Source: Sphyrna mokarran
Lineage: Eukaryota
NCBI GenBank assembly: GCA_024679065.1
Contig: JAGIQG010000009.1
Location: 89,900,001-89,964,000 of the forward strand
DNA: 64,000 nucleotides
Direction of reading: 5' to 3'
This document shows, one piece after another, positions 47,205-60,949 of the stretch; the stretch's first letter is position 1, and each line of letters opens with the position of its first letter. The notes below the pieces were generated by a model. It saw only the letters and a list, made by a program, of their open reading frames with translations, was not told the origin of the DNA and did no database searches. Position numbers and translations under genes: made by a program.

Positions 47205-49135
47205 ATGAGTTCTTCAGGGTAGTGTTCTAGGCCCACCCATCTTCAGCTGCTTCATCAATGATCTTCCTTCAATCGTAAGGTCAGAAATGGAGAGCTGCTT
47301 GCACAATGTTCAGTACCATTTGTTACTTCTCAGATACTGAAGCAGTCAATGTCCAAATGTAGCAAGATCTGGATAATATCCAGGCTTGGGCTGACAAATG
47401 GCAAGTAATGTTCACACCACACAAGTGCCAGGCAATGACCATTCCAACAAGTGAGAATCTAACCATCACCCCTTGATATTCACTGATTACCCCACTATCA
47501 ACATCCTGGGGATTAGCATTGACCAGAAACTGAACGAAAACTAGTTATAGAACATAGAACATAGAACATAGAACAATACAGCACAGAACAGGCCCTTCGG
47601 CCTTCGATGTTGTGCCGACCAAAATAAAAAGCAATGCCCCTCCAAACTAAACCATTCCCTTCTCTTCCATATACTTATCAACTAACCTCTTAAACGCCAC
47701 CAAACTTGGCGCATCTACAACAGCTGCAGGCAGGGCATTCCACTCCCTAATCACTCTTTGAGTAAAGAACCTACCTCTGATATCCGTCCTATAACTCATA
47801 CCCCTTAATTTAAAGCTGTGTCCCCTCGTGCTAGCTTTCTCCATCCTAGGAAAAAGGCTATCACTGTCCACCCTATCTAAACCTCTAATCATCTTATATG
47901 CTTCAATAAGATCCCCTCTTAGCCGCCTCCTTTCTAACGAAAACAACCTCAAATCCTTCAACCTCTCTTCATAGGACCTGCCCTCCATACCAGGCAACAT
48001 CCTAGTAAACCTCCTCTGTACCCTCTCCAATGCCTCCACATCTTTCTTATAATGTGGCGACCAGAACTGCACACAATACTCCAAGTGCGGCCGCACTAGA
48101 GTTTTGTACAGCTGCAACATGATGCTGCGGCTCCTAAATTCAATCCCCCTACCAATAAAAGCTAAGACTCCATATGCCTTCTTAACAACTTTATCCACTT
48201 GACTGCCTACTTTCAGGGATCTATTGACACATACACCAAGATCCTTCTGTTCCTCAACACTATTAAGAGCCCTACCATTAGCCCTATACTCTACACATTT
48301 ATTGTTCCTGCCAAAGTGCATTACCTCACACTTTTCCACATTAAACTCCATTTGCCACCTCTCGGCCCAGCTCTGCAACTTGTCCAAGTCACTCTGTAAA
48401 CTAAAACACCCCTCTTCACTATCTACCACACCACCAACTTTAGTATCATCTGCAAATTTACTGATCCATCCCTCAATACCCTCATCCAGATCATTTATAA
48501 AAATTACAAACAGCAGGGGCCCCAAAACAGACCCCTGAGGCACACCACTCGTCACCGAACTCCACGATGAATATCTCCCATCAACCACCACCCTCTGTCT
48601 TCTATCTGCCAGCCAATTTCTAATCCAATTAGCTAAATCACCCTCTATTCCACACATCTGCATTTTCTGTAGAAGTCTTCCATGGGCCACCTTATCAAAA
48701 GCCTTACTAAAGTCCATATATACTACATCAACCGCCTTACCCCCATCCACCTCTCTGGTCACTTTCTCAAAAAAAAAATTTATTATATTATTTATATTAT
48801 TATATTATATTATTATATTATTTATATTATTATATAAATAGTTAGCTACAAGAACAGGTCAGCAGCTAGGAATCCTGTGGTAAGTAACTCTTTTGGCTGC
48901 TCAGAGCCTATCACCATCTATGAGGCAGAAGTCAGGTGTGTGATGGAATACTCATCACTTCCCTGGATGGATAACAGCTATTGAACAGTGACAGCCATGT
49001 GTGCCATTTACAAGTTGCACTGTGGGAATTCACTAAAGTTCCTTAGGCAGTACCTTTCAAACCCACAACCATCTAGAAAGAAGGACAAGAGCAGCAGATA
49101 ACTGGGAAAACCGTTATCCAGGGTTACCCTCCTGA
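47205..49135 (+). mobile_element. Older LINE RT fragment hosting the young CR1 at 47547-48777 (a short related piece lies at about 46310-46405)
   Basis: QGSVLGPPIFSCFINDLPS motif; sequence resumes after 48835. Confidence 0.75.
47547..48777 (-). mobile_element. Young CR1, near-identical to 16964-18180
   Basis: The 371-aa ORF differs from the 17051-18418 ORF at only four visible internal residues. Confidence 0.97.
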
Positions 49136-51939
49136 CTCCTTGAGGACAAGGAACACCTAGAAGGACTTTCAGCTGCCCTACCCACCTCTTGCCGAGATAT
49201 TGCTGGAACACACCCATGGTAAAGCTGATGGACTACAGAGCCAAGCACAAAAGAGTTCTGCTGAACCATGTCTCCAACATGACTGGCACTTTTCCATAGA
49301 GACTTTGATATATTCAGACACTAGAGCCACAACATCAGACAGAATGTGAATGGATACCTCTACCTTGCGTTTCAGTTTACTGATGGCTTCTTATGGCTCT
49401 CTGACAACCATCTGCCTGCCTTTACTTCTATAACATTTGTCCAGGAATTGACTGTAGCTGCCTATCATCAAACTTAGGCTCAGCAGCGACCTGATTTTTC
49501 AGCAGTCCCCTGAGTGTCAGGGACTTCAGCTGTCACTACCTTTGCTCTCTACGGACCTGCATCCGTACTGAGCTCAAAAGCTTGTGACCTGTCTGCCTCC
49601 CCCCCCCCCCACCCCAACCCCCGCCTCCCAGCCACACAAAGCCTACTCTACAATGGATGTGTGCCTCTGAGCATACAGGTGAATGCAGTATTTAATCTTC
49701 AAATGGATCCTCATCTAAAGAGACTTGTGGGCTGGAGCTAGTGCATTGACTGGAAACTCACCTCTGCTTTTCTGGCTGAGATCTGGAATAGAAGAAGAGA
49801 GAGTTAATGATTGACCAAAAAATATTCTAAATCACTCGTAATCATTGTTTGCATATAGCTGATGTATACGAGAGTGAATTTGAAGTGAACAAAAAGTTCA
49901 CTCATCCTGGTGAGTGGATTAGATCATTCATCCTTTTCTTGTACTGTAGCAAAGTCTTTTAATGTTTGCCATGGGCACTGATCTCCCTCGCAACCTCCTT
50001 CCAGGATGCCAAGGTCAGGTGGGACAGCTTCCTGCTTCCACTCTCAAAAGAGGACCTCCCATTTTTCCTGGAAGAAAATCTCCAGGAAAGCCTCACTGAA
50101 CCTGGGTCTAGATGTTTGTTTTTTTTGCGTGTCATTTCTTGGTTTAAGCCAACAACACCTGGCTGCAGTGAGTGAGTAATCTGTAAACAGTCTGTGCTGG
50201 TATGTGTGCTGTTTGAGACCAGAACACCTCATTCACCTGACAAAGGCCATAGGTGGAAAGCTTGTGAGTTTACTATCAAATAAATCGGTTGGATTTAAAT
50301 GTGGTGTTGTCAGATTTCTTACTGTGCAGTGAGTGAGACCATGCCTCTGCTCTTTCAGTATGATGCCAGGACCTTCTACTTCATGAGGTCACATGTAGCC
50401 AAATTGCCAAGAGATTCAATAAAGTTCTTGCTGAAACCTAAATAATGAGCTGAAACCGTGGAAGATCTGATGTGAAAAACGCTAATTATAATCTTATTAA
50501 ACCAGATTTGTTCGCCTGACTTTAAGGCATTGAGTGCTCTCTGGAGTACTAAGAGCACTAGTTTCTTAATGCTCCAGAGACTAAATGCAATAGTGAGCAG
50601 GATTAGTGATACATTTCCTGCCATGCAGTGAGGTGGAAACCTTGTCCAATTTTACATCTAGAACCTCAATAATTGTGCATTGTTGAGCAGCTCTCTGAAT
50701 CACATGGCAGAGCAGGGACTGGTTGGTCCACCATACTGTAACGTGGCACAATTAATAAACAGATCTCTTTCCTGGAGGGAAGGCGAGATTGACCTTTCCC
50801 AGCAAACCAGTGTGGAGAGCTTTCCATGAGTTAATCACATCCTAATGTTAATAGTGAATGACATTACAGACAGGGGGGAGATATTAATTAAACAGGCCTG
50901 AATTCTCATTTCACTACCTATCCATGAACTGAAAGATGTTTTTCCATTTGAATTTTGCCCTTTATAAAAGGTAGTGTAATTTTCCCAGCCCTTAAACCTG
51001 GAATGTTCCAATCGTCTCTGAATAACACGCACAGCAAACTCAAAGTAAGGTGAAATGAAAAGGTTGTTTTTTTTTTAACACATTAAGGAGAGGGTTTCAC
51101 AATGACCACCCCCTTTTTCACTCACACAAATGGGGGATAAAACAAAAAGGAAGGTTTAGGGCATGATCACAAGAGAAATACAATGTTGTGAATTTACGTG
51201 AATCTCGAGTCCAGAATCAAAAGTTTAATTGAATGACCTCTCTGGGATGTTGGCTGATTGTTAGGTGATCATGCCTTTCCAGAATGAGATGACACGAAAG
51301 GAGAAGTGACATGAATTGAGTTAGTCTTAGAGGCAAAAGTTCCAGATTGCAGCTATTGGCAGTTTTGATGATGGCTGAGATTCTTCCTGCTGCTACTGGC
51401 TTGATGGTAGACAGCACAAGCTGGTGGCTTGAGTGCTGTTCTCATCAAAGGTCAAACAATAACTGAATATAAAATCTGAATTATGTATAAGTAAAGCAAT
51501 TCAGACAGCTAAATTCTTGGTCATGTGATACTGCTGCCACGTTGTTAAATGGGTTTCTCTTGTTGAAACCACTATGTTAGAATGATTAATACTTCGACTA
51601 TTAACACCATTACTGGAGAAAAGGACTTGCACATAGCTGAATATGTTTGAAGCTGTTTGGAGCAGTTAAGGGAGCTGCTGATCCAGTTCATTAGCTTGGT
51701 TGCACTGTTTATGTGTTGCAAGGAGCATTACATTCCAGGACTTTTGAAGTGTTAATTTTTGTTCACTTTGAAACAGCTTAAAAACTTTTGGAAGCCAGGA
51801 TTTGACCAGCTGGAGCCACTTTGTCAGCCCAATAATTGTCCATTTTGAAAAATGTCAAAGAAATTAATTTATTAAATAGTCTAGCTGATGAAGATGTATA
51901 TATCAAGGATGTGATTTTTCTTGGCCTGTGCAGTGGGCC

Positions 51940-53983
51940 CTGCGAGCCCTTGATAAGTATGTCCCTGTCAGGCAAGGAGGAAATGGTCGAGTAAGGGAAC
52001 CGTGGTGTACTAAAAAAGTTAATTCGCTGGTTAAAAGGAGAAAGGAGGCTTATGTCTGGATTAGGCTTGAAGGCTTAGTTAGTGCACTGGAAAGCTATAG
52101 ATTAGCCAGGAGGGAGCTAAAGAGTGAGTTAAGAAGAGCTAAAAGAGGACACGAGAAGACTTTGGCTGAAAGGATCAAGGAGAATCCTAAAGCTTTCTTT
52201 AGATATGTTAAGAATAGAAGATTGGTTAGGGCAAGATTAGGGCCAGTCAGAGACAGTAGTGGGAAGTTATGCGTGGAGCCTGAAGAGATTAGAGAGGCAC
52301 TGAACAAATATTTCTCTTCGGTATTCACACGGAGATGTAAATGTAGTTGTGGAGAACACTGGGATATAGGGTTGTAAACTGTAAAGTATTGAAGTAGATA
52401 AGGAGGAGGTGCTAGATATTCTTGAGGGTTTAAAAATAGATAAGTCCCCTGGGCCAGACGGGATTTACCCTAGGATTCTCTGGGAGGCAAGAGAGGCGAT
52501 TGCAGAGCCTCTGGCTCTGATCTTCAGGTCGTCGTTTGTTACAGGGTATAGTGCCGGAAGACTGGAGGATAGCGAATGTTGTCCCATTGTTCAAGAAGGG
52601 GAATAGAGACTTTCCTGGGAATTATAGACTGGTGAGTCTTACTTCTGTTGTGGGCAAAGTATTGGAAAGAATTATTAGGGATAGGATTTATAGTTATTTA
52701 GAGAGAAATGAATTGATTGGGGATAGTCAGCATGGTTTTGTGAAGGGTAGGTCGTGCCTTACTAACCTTATTGAGTTTTTTGAAAAAGTGACCAAAGAGG
52801 TGGATGGGGGTAAGGCAGTTGACGTGGTATATATGGACTTTAGTAAGGCGTTCGATAAGGTTGCCCATGGAAGGCTTCTGCAGAAAATGCAGATGTATGG
52901 GATTGAGGTGATTTAGCTAATTGGATTAGGAATTGGCTAGCTGATAGAAGACAGAGGGTGGTGGTTGATGGAAATTATTCATCATGGAGTTCGGTTACAA
53001 GTGGTGTACCTCAGGGATCTGTTTTGGGGCCCCTGCTGTTTGTAATTTTTATAAATGATCTGGATGAGGGTATTGAAGGATGGATTAGTAAATTTGCAGA
53101 TGACACTAAAGTCGGTGGAGTGGTAGATAGTGAAGAGGGGTGTTATAGTTTGCAGAGAGACTTGGACAAGTTGCAGTGCTGGGCCGAGAGGTGGCAAATG
53201 GAGTTTAATGTGGAAAAGTGTGAGGTAATTCACTTTGGCAGGAATAACAAATGTGTAGAGTATAGGGCTAATGGTAGGACTCTTAATAGTGTTGATGAAC
53301 AGAGGATCTTGGTGTATATGTGCATAGATCCCTGAAAGTTGGCAATCAAGTCGATAAGGTTATTAAGAAGGCATACGGAGTCTTAGCTTTTATTGGTAGG
53401 GGGATTGAATTTCGGAGCCGCAACGTCATGTTGCAACTGTACAAAACTCTAGTGCGGCCGCACTTGGAGTTCTGGTCCCCGCATTATAAGAAAGATGTGG
53501 AGGCTTTGGAGAGGGTACAGAGGAGGTTTACCAGGATGTTGCCTGGTATGGAGGGCAGGTCTTATGAGGAGAGGCTGAGGGATTTGAGGTTGTTTTCGTT
53601 AGAAAGGAGGCGGCTAAGAGAAGACCTTATTGAAACATATAAGATGATTAGAGGTTTAGATAGGGTGGACAGTGATAGCCTTTTTCCTAGGATGGAGAAA
53701 GCTAGCACGAGGGGACATAGCTTTAAATTAAGGGGTGGTAGTTATGGGACGGATGTCAGAGGTAGGTTCTTTACCCAGAGGGTGGTAAGGGTATGGAATG
53801 CTCTGCCTGCTGCAGTTGTAGATGCACCAAGTTTGGGGGCATTTAAGAGGTCCCCAAAGGTCCATAAGTTTATGGATGAGAAGGGAATGATTTAGGTTAG
53901 AGGGTCATTGCTTTTTCTTAATTGGTCGGTGCAACATCGAATGCCGAAGGGCCTGTTCTGCGCTGTAATGTTCTATGTTCTAT
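51940..53983 (+). mobile_element. Young 5'-truncated CR1 with frameshifts
   Basis: Consecutive RT ORFs from 51928 to 53895; TGTTCTA tail. Confidence 0.95.
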
Positions 53984-54015
53984 TGGCAGTGAAAAATCAA
54001 TGGGTGGCCAAAAAT

Positions 54016-54310
54016 GGGGCAGCACACTGATTAGCACTGCTGCCTCACAGTGCCAGGAATGGATTTGATTCCTGGCTCAGGTCACTGTGCACTGTGGAAT
54101 CTGTATGTTCTTCTTGTGTCAGTATGGTTTTCCTCCGGGACTCCGGTTTCCTCCTACAGTCCAAAGATGTGCAGGTTAGGTGACTTGACCAGGCTAAACT
54201 CTCCATAAATGTACCCAAATAGGCACTGGAGTATGGCAACTAGAGGATTTTCACAGTAAATTCATTGCAGTGTTAATGCAAGACTACTTGTGACTAATAA
54301 GTAAACTTAA
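54016..54310 (+). mobile_element. V-SINE with a non-CR1 3' tail
   Basis: tRNA-like head and V-domain (GGTTTCCTCCTACAGTCCAAAGATGTG), then tail ...CAGTAAATTCATTGCAGTGTTAATGCAAGACTACTTGTGACTAATAA. Confidence 0.75.
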
Positions 54311-54526
54311 AAAAGAACAGAAATCACAATGAGCCAGTTGAGATATTCTGGGGCTATTTTTATCCACGTAATCTGACTCGCGCCAGAGAATGTTGTGAAG
54401 CTGATTACAATATTCAACAGATCATTTCCACCCATTTAGTGAGTTCAGGAAGCAATTGTCAGGGCTTGCTAAAGCTCCTGACCTGCCAGTTTGGGCTAAT
54501 GGAGGCCGGATCTGGCCATCAGGAGG

Positions 54527-54752
54527 TCACAATAAGAAGTCTCACAACACGAGGTTAAAGTCCAATGGGTTTATTTGATAATAAACTCACAAGCTTTTGG
54601 AAATGCTATTCCTTTGTTAGGTGGGTAACGAAAGAACACCGTTTCCGAAAACTTGTGAGTTTACTATCAAATAAACCTGTTGGACTTTAACCTGGTGTTG
54701 TGAAACTTCTCATTGTGTTTATCCCAGTCCAACACCGGCATCTCCACATCAT
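54527..54752. mobile_element. Palindromic Penelope-terminus element, about 90-bp inverted arms, CATCAGGAGG target-site duplication
   Basis: Arms about 54528-54619 and 54627-54717; duplication at 54517-54526 and 54750-54759. Single-arm relatives at about 50230-50327, 31915-31978 and 36630-36706. Confidence 0.8.
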
Positions 54753-55231
54753 CAGGAGGCCAGCCTATGGTGTGGGGAGGAAGGATGTTCAGGATCAGGG
54801 ATCAGGGAGGTGGGGTTCAGGACCAGCGATTGGAGTTGGGGGGGAAGGGGTTTTAGGCCGGCACTGTTGGCAGTGAGGGGAGGAGGTTCATGGTCAGCAG
54901 TCGGGAGGCTGGCTGTGTCTGGGGTGGAGGATGGTTTCCTCTGGGTGCTCTGGTTTCCTTCCACAGATACAAAATCTGAGGTCATATACCAACCAACTCA
55001 AGAATAGCTTCTTCTCTGTTGCCATGAGATTTTTGAATGGACTTACCTAGCATTAAATTGATCTTTCTTTACACCCTAGCTATGACTATAACATGACCTT
55101 TTGCATTCTCTCGTTTCCTTCTCTATGAACTGTATGCTTTATCTGTATTGCTTGTGAAACAATACTTTTAACTGTATACTATAACATAGAGACAGAACCA
55201 TAGAAAATTACAGGTCAGAAATAGGCCTTTT

Positions 55232-58095
55232 AGAACACAGAACTTAAAACATTACAGCGCAATACAGGCCCTTCGGCCCTCGATGTTGTGCCGACCACTG
55301 AAACAAATCTAATGACCCTCTAACCTAAACTATTCTAATGTTATCCATATGCCTATCCACTGACCATTTGCCCTTAAAGTTGGCGAGCCCACAACTGCTT
55401 CAGGTAGGGCATTCCACGCCCTTATTACCCTCTGAGTAAAGAACCTACCTCTGACATCCATCCTATAACTACCACTGCTCAATTTAAAGCTATGTCCACT
55501 CGTGTTAGCTATCACTATCCGAGGAAAAAGGCTCTCACTGTCCACTCTTTCTAACCCTCTGATCGTCTTATATGCCTCAATTAGGTCATCTCTTAACCTT
55601 CTCTCTAACGAAAATAACCCTCAAGTCCCTGAGCCTTTCCTTATAAGACTTTCTTACCATACCAGGCAACATTCTGGTAAACCTCCTCTGCACCCTTTCC
55701 AATGCTTCCACTTCTTTCTTATAATGCAGTGACCAGAATTGTACACAATACTCCAAGTGCGGCTGCACCAGAGTTTTGAACAATTGCAACATGACGTCAT
55801 GGCTCCGAAATTCAATCCCTCTGCCAATAAAAGCTAACACACTGTACACCTTCTTATCAACCTGGGTGCCAACTTTCAGGAATCTATGCACATGTACACC
55901 AAGATCTCTCTGCTCATCGACACTATCAAGAGTCCTTCCATTAGCCCTATATTCTATATTCCTGTTACCCTTACCAAAGTGAATCACGTCACACTTTTCC
56001 AGATAAAACTCCATTTGCCACCTCTCGGCTCAGCTCTGCAGCTTATCTATGTCCCTTTGCAAATTGTAACATCCATTCTCACTGTCTACAACTCCTTCGA
56101 CTTTGGTGTCATCAGCAAATTTACTAACCCATCCTTCTACACCCTCATCTATGTAATTTATAAAAATGACAAACAGCAGTGGCCCCAAAACAGATCCTGA
56201 GGTACACCACTAGTAACTGAACTCCAGGTTGAATATTTCCCATCAACCATCTTTCTTCTATTAGTTAGCCAATTCCTGATCCAAACTGCTAAATCACCCT
56301 CAATCCCATGCACCTGCATTTTCTGCAGTAGTCTTCCATGGGGAACCTTATCAAATGCTTTACTAAAATCCATATCCACCACATCAACTGCCTTATCCTT
56401 ATCCACCTCTTTGGTCACCTTCTCAAAGAACTCGATAAGGTTTCTGAGGCACGACCTAACCTTCATAAAACTGTGTTGACTATCTCTAATCAATTTATTT
56501 TTCTCTAGATGATTATAAATCCTATCTCTTATAATTCTTTATAAAACTTTGCCCACAACAGAAGGAAGGCTCACCAATCTATAATTCCCAGGATGGTCTC
56601 TACTCCCCTTGAACAAGGGGACAACATTTGGGTGGCATGGTAGCTCAGTGGTTAGCACTTCTGCTTTACAGCTCCAGGGTCCTGGGTTCAATTCCCAGCT
56701 TGGGTCACTGCCTGTGCGGAGTTTGCACATTCTCCTCGTCTGCGTGGGTTTCCTCCGGGTACTCTGGTTTCCTCCCACAGTCCAAAGATGTGTGGGTTAG
56801 GTTGATTGGCCATGCTAAGAAATTGTCCTTTAGTGTCCTGGGATGCATAGGTTAGAGGGGTTAGTTGATCTAATATATATGAATATGGGGGTAAGGCCTG
56901 GGTGGGATTGTGTTTGGTGCAGACTCGATGGGCCGAAGGGCCTCTTTCTGCACTGTAGGGTTCTATGATTCTTTCATTTACTATCTTCCAGTCTTCAGAC
57001 ACTATACCTGTAACCAATAACAACATGATGAGCCAAAGGCTCTGCAATCTCCTCCCTAGCCTCCCAGAGAATCCTAGGATAAATCCTATCTGGCCCAGAG
57101 GAGTTATTTATTTTATACTCTCAAGAATTGCTAACACTTCCTCCTTATGTACCTCAATTCCATCTAGTCTAAAAGCCTGTATCTCAGTATTCTTCTCGAT
57201 TACATTAATTCTTTTCCTGCATGAATACTGATGAAAAATATTCATTTAGTGCCTCTCCTATCTCTTCAGGCTTCATGCACAACTTCCCATTACTGTCTCT
57301 AATCTTGCCCTAACCAATCTTTTATTCATGACATACCTATGGAAAGTTTTAGGGTTCTCTTTGATCCTACCTGCCAATGTTTTCTCATATCCTTTTCCAG
57401 CTCTTCTTAACTCTCTTTAGCTCCTTCCTGGCTAATTTGTAACTCTCCAGTGCCCTAAGTGAGCCTTCATGTCTCATCTTTACATAAGCCTCCTTCTTCC
57501 TCTTCACCAGAGATTCAACTTCCTTAGTACACCACGGTTCCCTCCCTTGACCACTTCCTTCCTGCCTGACAGGTATATATTTATCAAGGACTCGTGGTAG
57601 CTGCTCCTTGATCAAGATCCACATTTCAGTTGTTCCCAGCCCCTGCAGTATCTTACTCCTAAATCTCGCCTAATAGCCTCATAATTACCTTTCCCCCAGC
57701 AATAACTTCTTCCCTTTGGTATATACCTATCCCTTTCCATCACTAAGGTAAAAGGTGAATTGTGGTCACTATCACCAAAGTGCTCACCTACCTCCAAATC
57801 TAACACCTGGTCTGGTTCATTACCCAGAACCAAATCCAATGTAGCCTCACCTCTTGTTGGCCTTTCGACATACTGTGTCAGGAAACCTTCCTGCACACAT
57901 TGGATAAAAACTGACCACTCTAATGTGCTTGAACTATAGCTTTTCCAATCGATATTTGTAAAGTTAAAGTCCCCTATAATAACTACCCTGTTTCTTTCGC
58001 TCCTATCCAGGATCATCCTTGCAATCCTTTCCTCTACATCTCTGGAACGTTTTGGAGGCCTATAAAAAACTGCCAGTAGGGACCTCTCCTTTCCA
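55232..58095 (-). mobile_element. CR1 LINE (EN+RT, disrupted) with an HE1-type SINE inserted
   Basis: ORFs 55330-55545, 55586-56014, 56158-56493 and 57612-58139. Confidence 0.93.
56630..56974 (+). mobile_element. Full-length HE1-type V-SINE
   Basis: tRNA-derived head with A/B-box-like sequence (GGTAGCTCAGTGGTTAG; GGTTCAATTCCC), V-domain, CR1-like tail (GATGGGCCGAAGGGCCT...TTCTATGATTCT). CATTT duplicated at 56625-56629 and 56975-56979. Confidence 0.9.
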
Positions 58096-58129
58096 GTTTC
58101 TTTTGGCTTTTCTTGTCTGTGCTGAACCA

Positions 58130-59297
58130 TTTTTTCCACTGACCTGCACTTACACCATATGCCTTCACATCCCTCTCATCCATGAACCCTTACAAGTTCT
58201 TCTTAAATATTAAAAGTGACCCCACATTTACCACTTTATCCGTCAGCTCATTCCATATTCCCACCACTCTCTGCATGAAAAAGTCCCCCCTTAATATTCC
58301 CTTTAAACTTTTCTCCTTTCACCCTTAACCCATGCCTTCTGGTTTTTTTCTCCCCTAGTCTCAGTGCAAACAAGCCTGCTCACATTCACTCTATCTAGAC
58401 CCATCAATATCTTATACACCTCTATCAAATCTCCCCTCATTCTTCTACGCTCCAGGGAATAAAGTCCTAATCTATTCAATCTCTCTCTGTAATTCAGCTT
58501 CTCAAGTCCTGGCAACATCCTTGTGAAGCTTCTCTACACTCTCTCAACCTTATTTACATCCTTCCTGTAACTAGATGACCAAAACTGTACACAATACTCT
58601 AAATTCGACCTCACCAATGCCTTATATAACCTTACCATAACACTCCAAATTTTATACTTGATACTCCGATTTATAAAGGTCAATGCACAAAAAGCACTCT
58701 TTACGACCCTATCCACCTGTGACGTTACTTGCAGGGAATTATGTACCTATATTCCCAGATCCCTCTGTTCAACTGCACTCTTCAGAATCCTACCATTTAC
58801 CCTGTACGTTCTACTTTAGTTTGTCCTTCCAAAGTGCAATACCTCACACTTGTCTGCATTAAATTCCATTTGCCATTTTCAGCCCATCTTTCTAGTTGGT
58901 CCAAATCCGTCTGCAAGCTTTGAAAACCTTCCTCACTGTCCACTACTCCTCCAATATTTGTATCATCAGCAAATTTTCTGATTCAATTTACCACATTATC
59001 ATCCAGATCATTGATATAGATGACTAACAACAATGAATGTATCATCGATCCTTGTGACACACCACTAGTCACAGGCCTCCACTCAGAGAAGCAATCCTTT
59101 ACAACGACTCCCTGGCTTCTTCCATTGAGCCAGTGTCTAATCCAATTTATTATCTCCCCAAGTATACCTAGTGACTGAACCTTCCTAAATAACCTCCCAT
59201 GAGGGACCTTGTTAAAGGCCTTTCTGAAATCCAGGTAGACAACATCTACAGCCTTCTCTTCATCTAACTTCCTGGTAACCACCTTGAAAAACTCTTA
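58130..59297 (-). mobile_element. Older CR1 RT fragment (distinct family)
   Basis: ORFs 58303-58518, 58534-58716 and 58983-59282. Confidence 0.9.
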
Positions 59298-59617
59298 AAA
59301 AAAGCTACAATAAAAAATCAAATCAAATCAAATCAAATCACAGGGCAACCAGAGCAACGAGAAAATGTAACTAAAAACAGGAGCCTCTGAAATATCCCAA
59401 TGACACCACCATCAAAATCATGTGACCTGCTTTTAAAGCAATCATGTAACCACTTAAATATATAACATCCCCCCCTTTCACTTCTGTGGTCATAACAGCA
59501 AATTTCTATAAGGTTATACACAGGAACAATAATACTCTTGACACAGTGATATGGATCACTAATCATTATACAGTCAATAAGAAAACCGATCAGCAGGATT
59601 TCTTTTCCTCTTTGGTT

Positions 59618-60425
59618 TGTTATAATCCAGGTCAGAAATTCTAAGGCATTTTATGAAGTCAGCCTCGACCATAAATTTTGTATTTTGAATTTGGCTAGGG
59701 TGAGCATACAGTGTTTCACTCCATGTAGGATACAAGTGACTGTCTAAAACGTTTTTATCAAAGCTTATTTAAAAATACAGTCGAACTATATGAAGAAAAG
59801 TCAGCAATAACTTTTATCAGTTGCAAAAAAAACCTATAACACTGTATAAACCTTAAAGCTAAGTGTGTTGTTCCAAGGTAAACCTTCCCACAAATATACA
59901 TACAATCCTAGGCTTAGCAGAGAAAGCAAGTATGCTCATGTGATGCTGATTTTTGCAGCTTTTTAACACCTGCGATGAATTTGGAAAGTAGGAAGAAACT
60001 CTAGACCTTTGCAATCCTGGAACTTTCAGCATGCTTCTCCATCCGATTCTAGCTAGCAACTCATAAACAGCAGAATTTTCACTCCAGAGAAGACAGGGAA
60101 CACTGCTTTCAGTCTGAGTCCAAACAACTTCTAACAAAATGAAAGTAAAATCCTTTGGATTTTCCTTGTAACAAACTGTTCCAAGATACCACCTAACTTG
60201 TTAATCATTCACAAATCAAACCCCCAGGCAGCAATCCCAAAAGGGTCAGAAAATCCTAGGACATTGCATCAGGCCCAAATTAAAATTAAATAAAATGTCC
60301 ATTATATTTGCTTCAGCAACAATTAAATAACATTAGCTCAGATACCATGGCAACAATAACAAAAACGCCAGACTTGTTTAAAAAAACTGCACAGAACATG
60401 ATTAAAGTACTTTAATAAAGTTACA
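59618..60425 (-). mobile_element. Solo LTR (Gypsy-like) with GGTT target-site duplication
   Basis: TGT...ACA termini; GGTT at 59614-59617 and 60426-60429; 3' end homologous to the LTR at 42328. Confidence 0.8.
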
Positions 60426-60949
60426 GGTTCTACATGATGTTGTGGAATTTTGCCTTAACCGTAGAAGTAAGACTTGGAACTTCAGAAGACCCTTCTCTTG
60501 AAACTAATTCTGTATCATTCCCATTCAGCATAGTAGTGTGGATGGAGAAAGTACGGCTACAACAATGATTTAACAACAATATTGACAAGAGTGGCTTTAA
60601 AATGGCTATTTTGGTTGAGAGTGAAGCATGTCAATTTGTAGATTAAAACCAGATGCAGGTTATAAAGAGGCTCTGGTCTGGAATTTGTGATCTGAAGTTT
60701 TTTTGTGTTGGTCTGATCAGGAAAGTTGTTTACATTAACTGAAACATTGTGGGTCCAATTTTTATGGCTGCTTTATATGGAACATGCAAAATGAGCTAAG
60801 CATCGTGGCATCTTTCAAAAGTAATTAAACTGGATGTTGAGTGGTGACACAATTGGCTGGATGGCAGAGAATGTTCTGGAAGCAAGTGGAGAACTATGGA
60901 TAAAAGACATGTGAGTTCTTTGGCAGTGATAACTCCAAGAGAACAACCA

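Noticed and set aside
49140-51930. Non-repetitive-looking upstream stretch as possible exons of a neighbouring gene
   Set aside because: I could not identify a recognisable protein motif or a consistent splice pattern.
56630-56705. tRNA-like sequence
   Set aside because: It is the head of an HE1-type SINE (continues into V-domain and LINE-like tail), not a tRNA gene.
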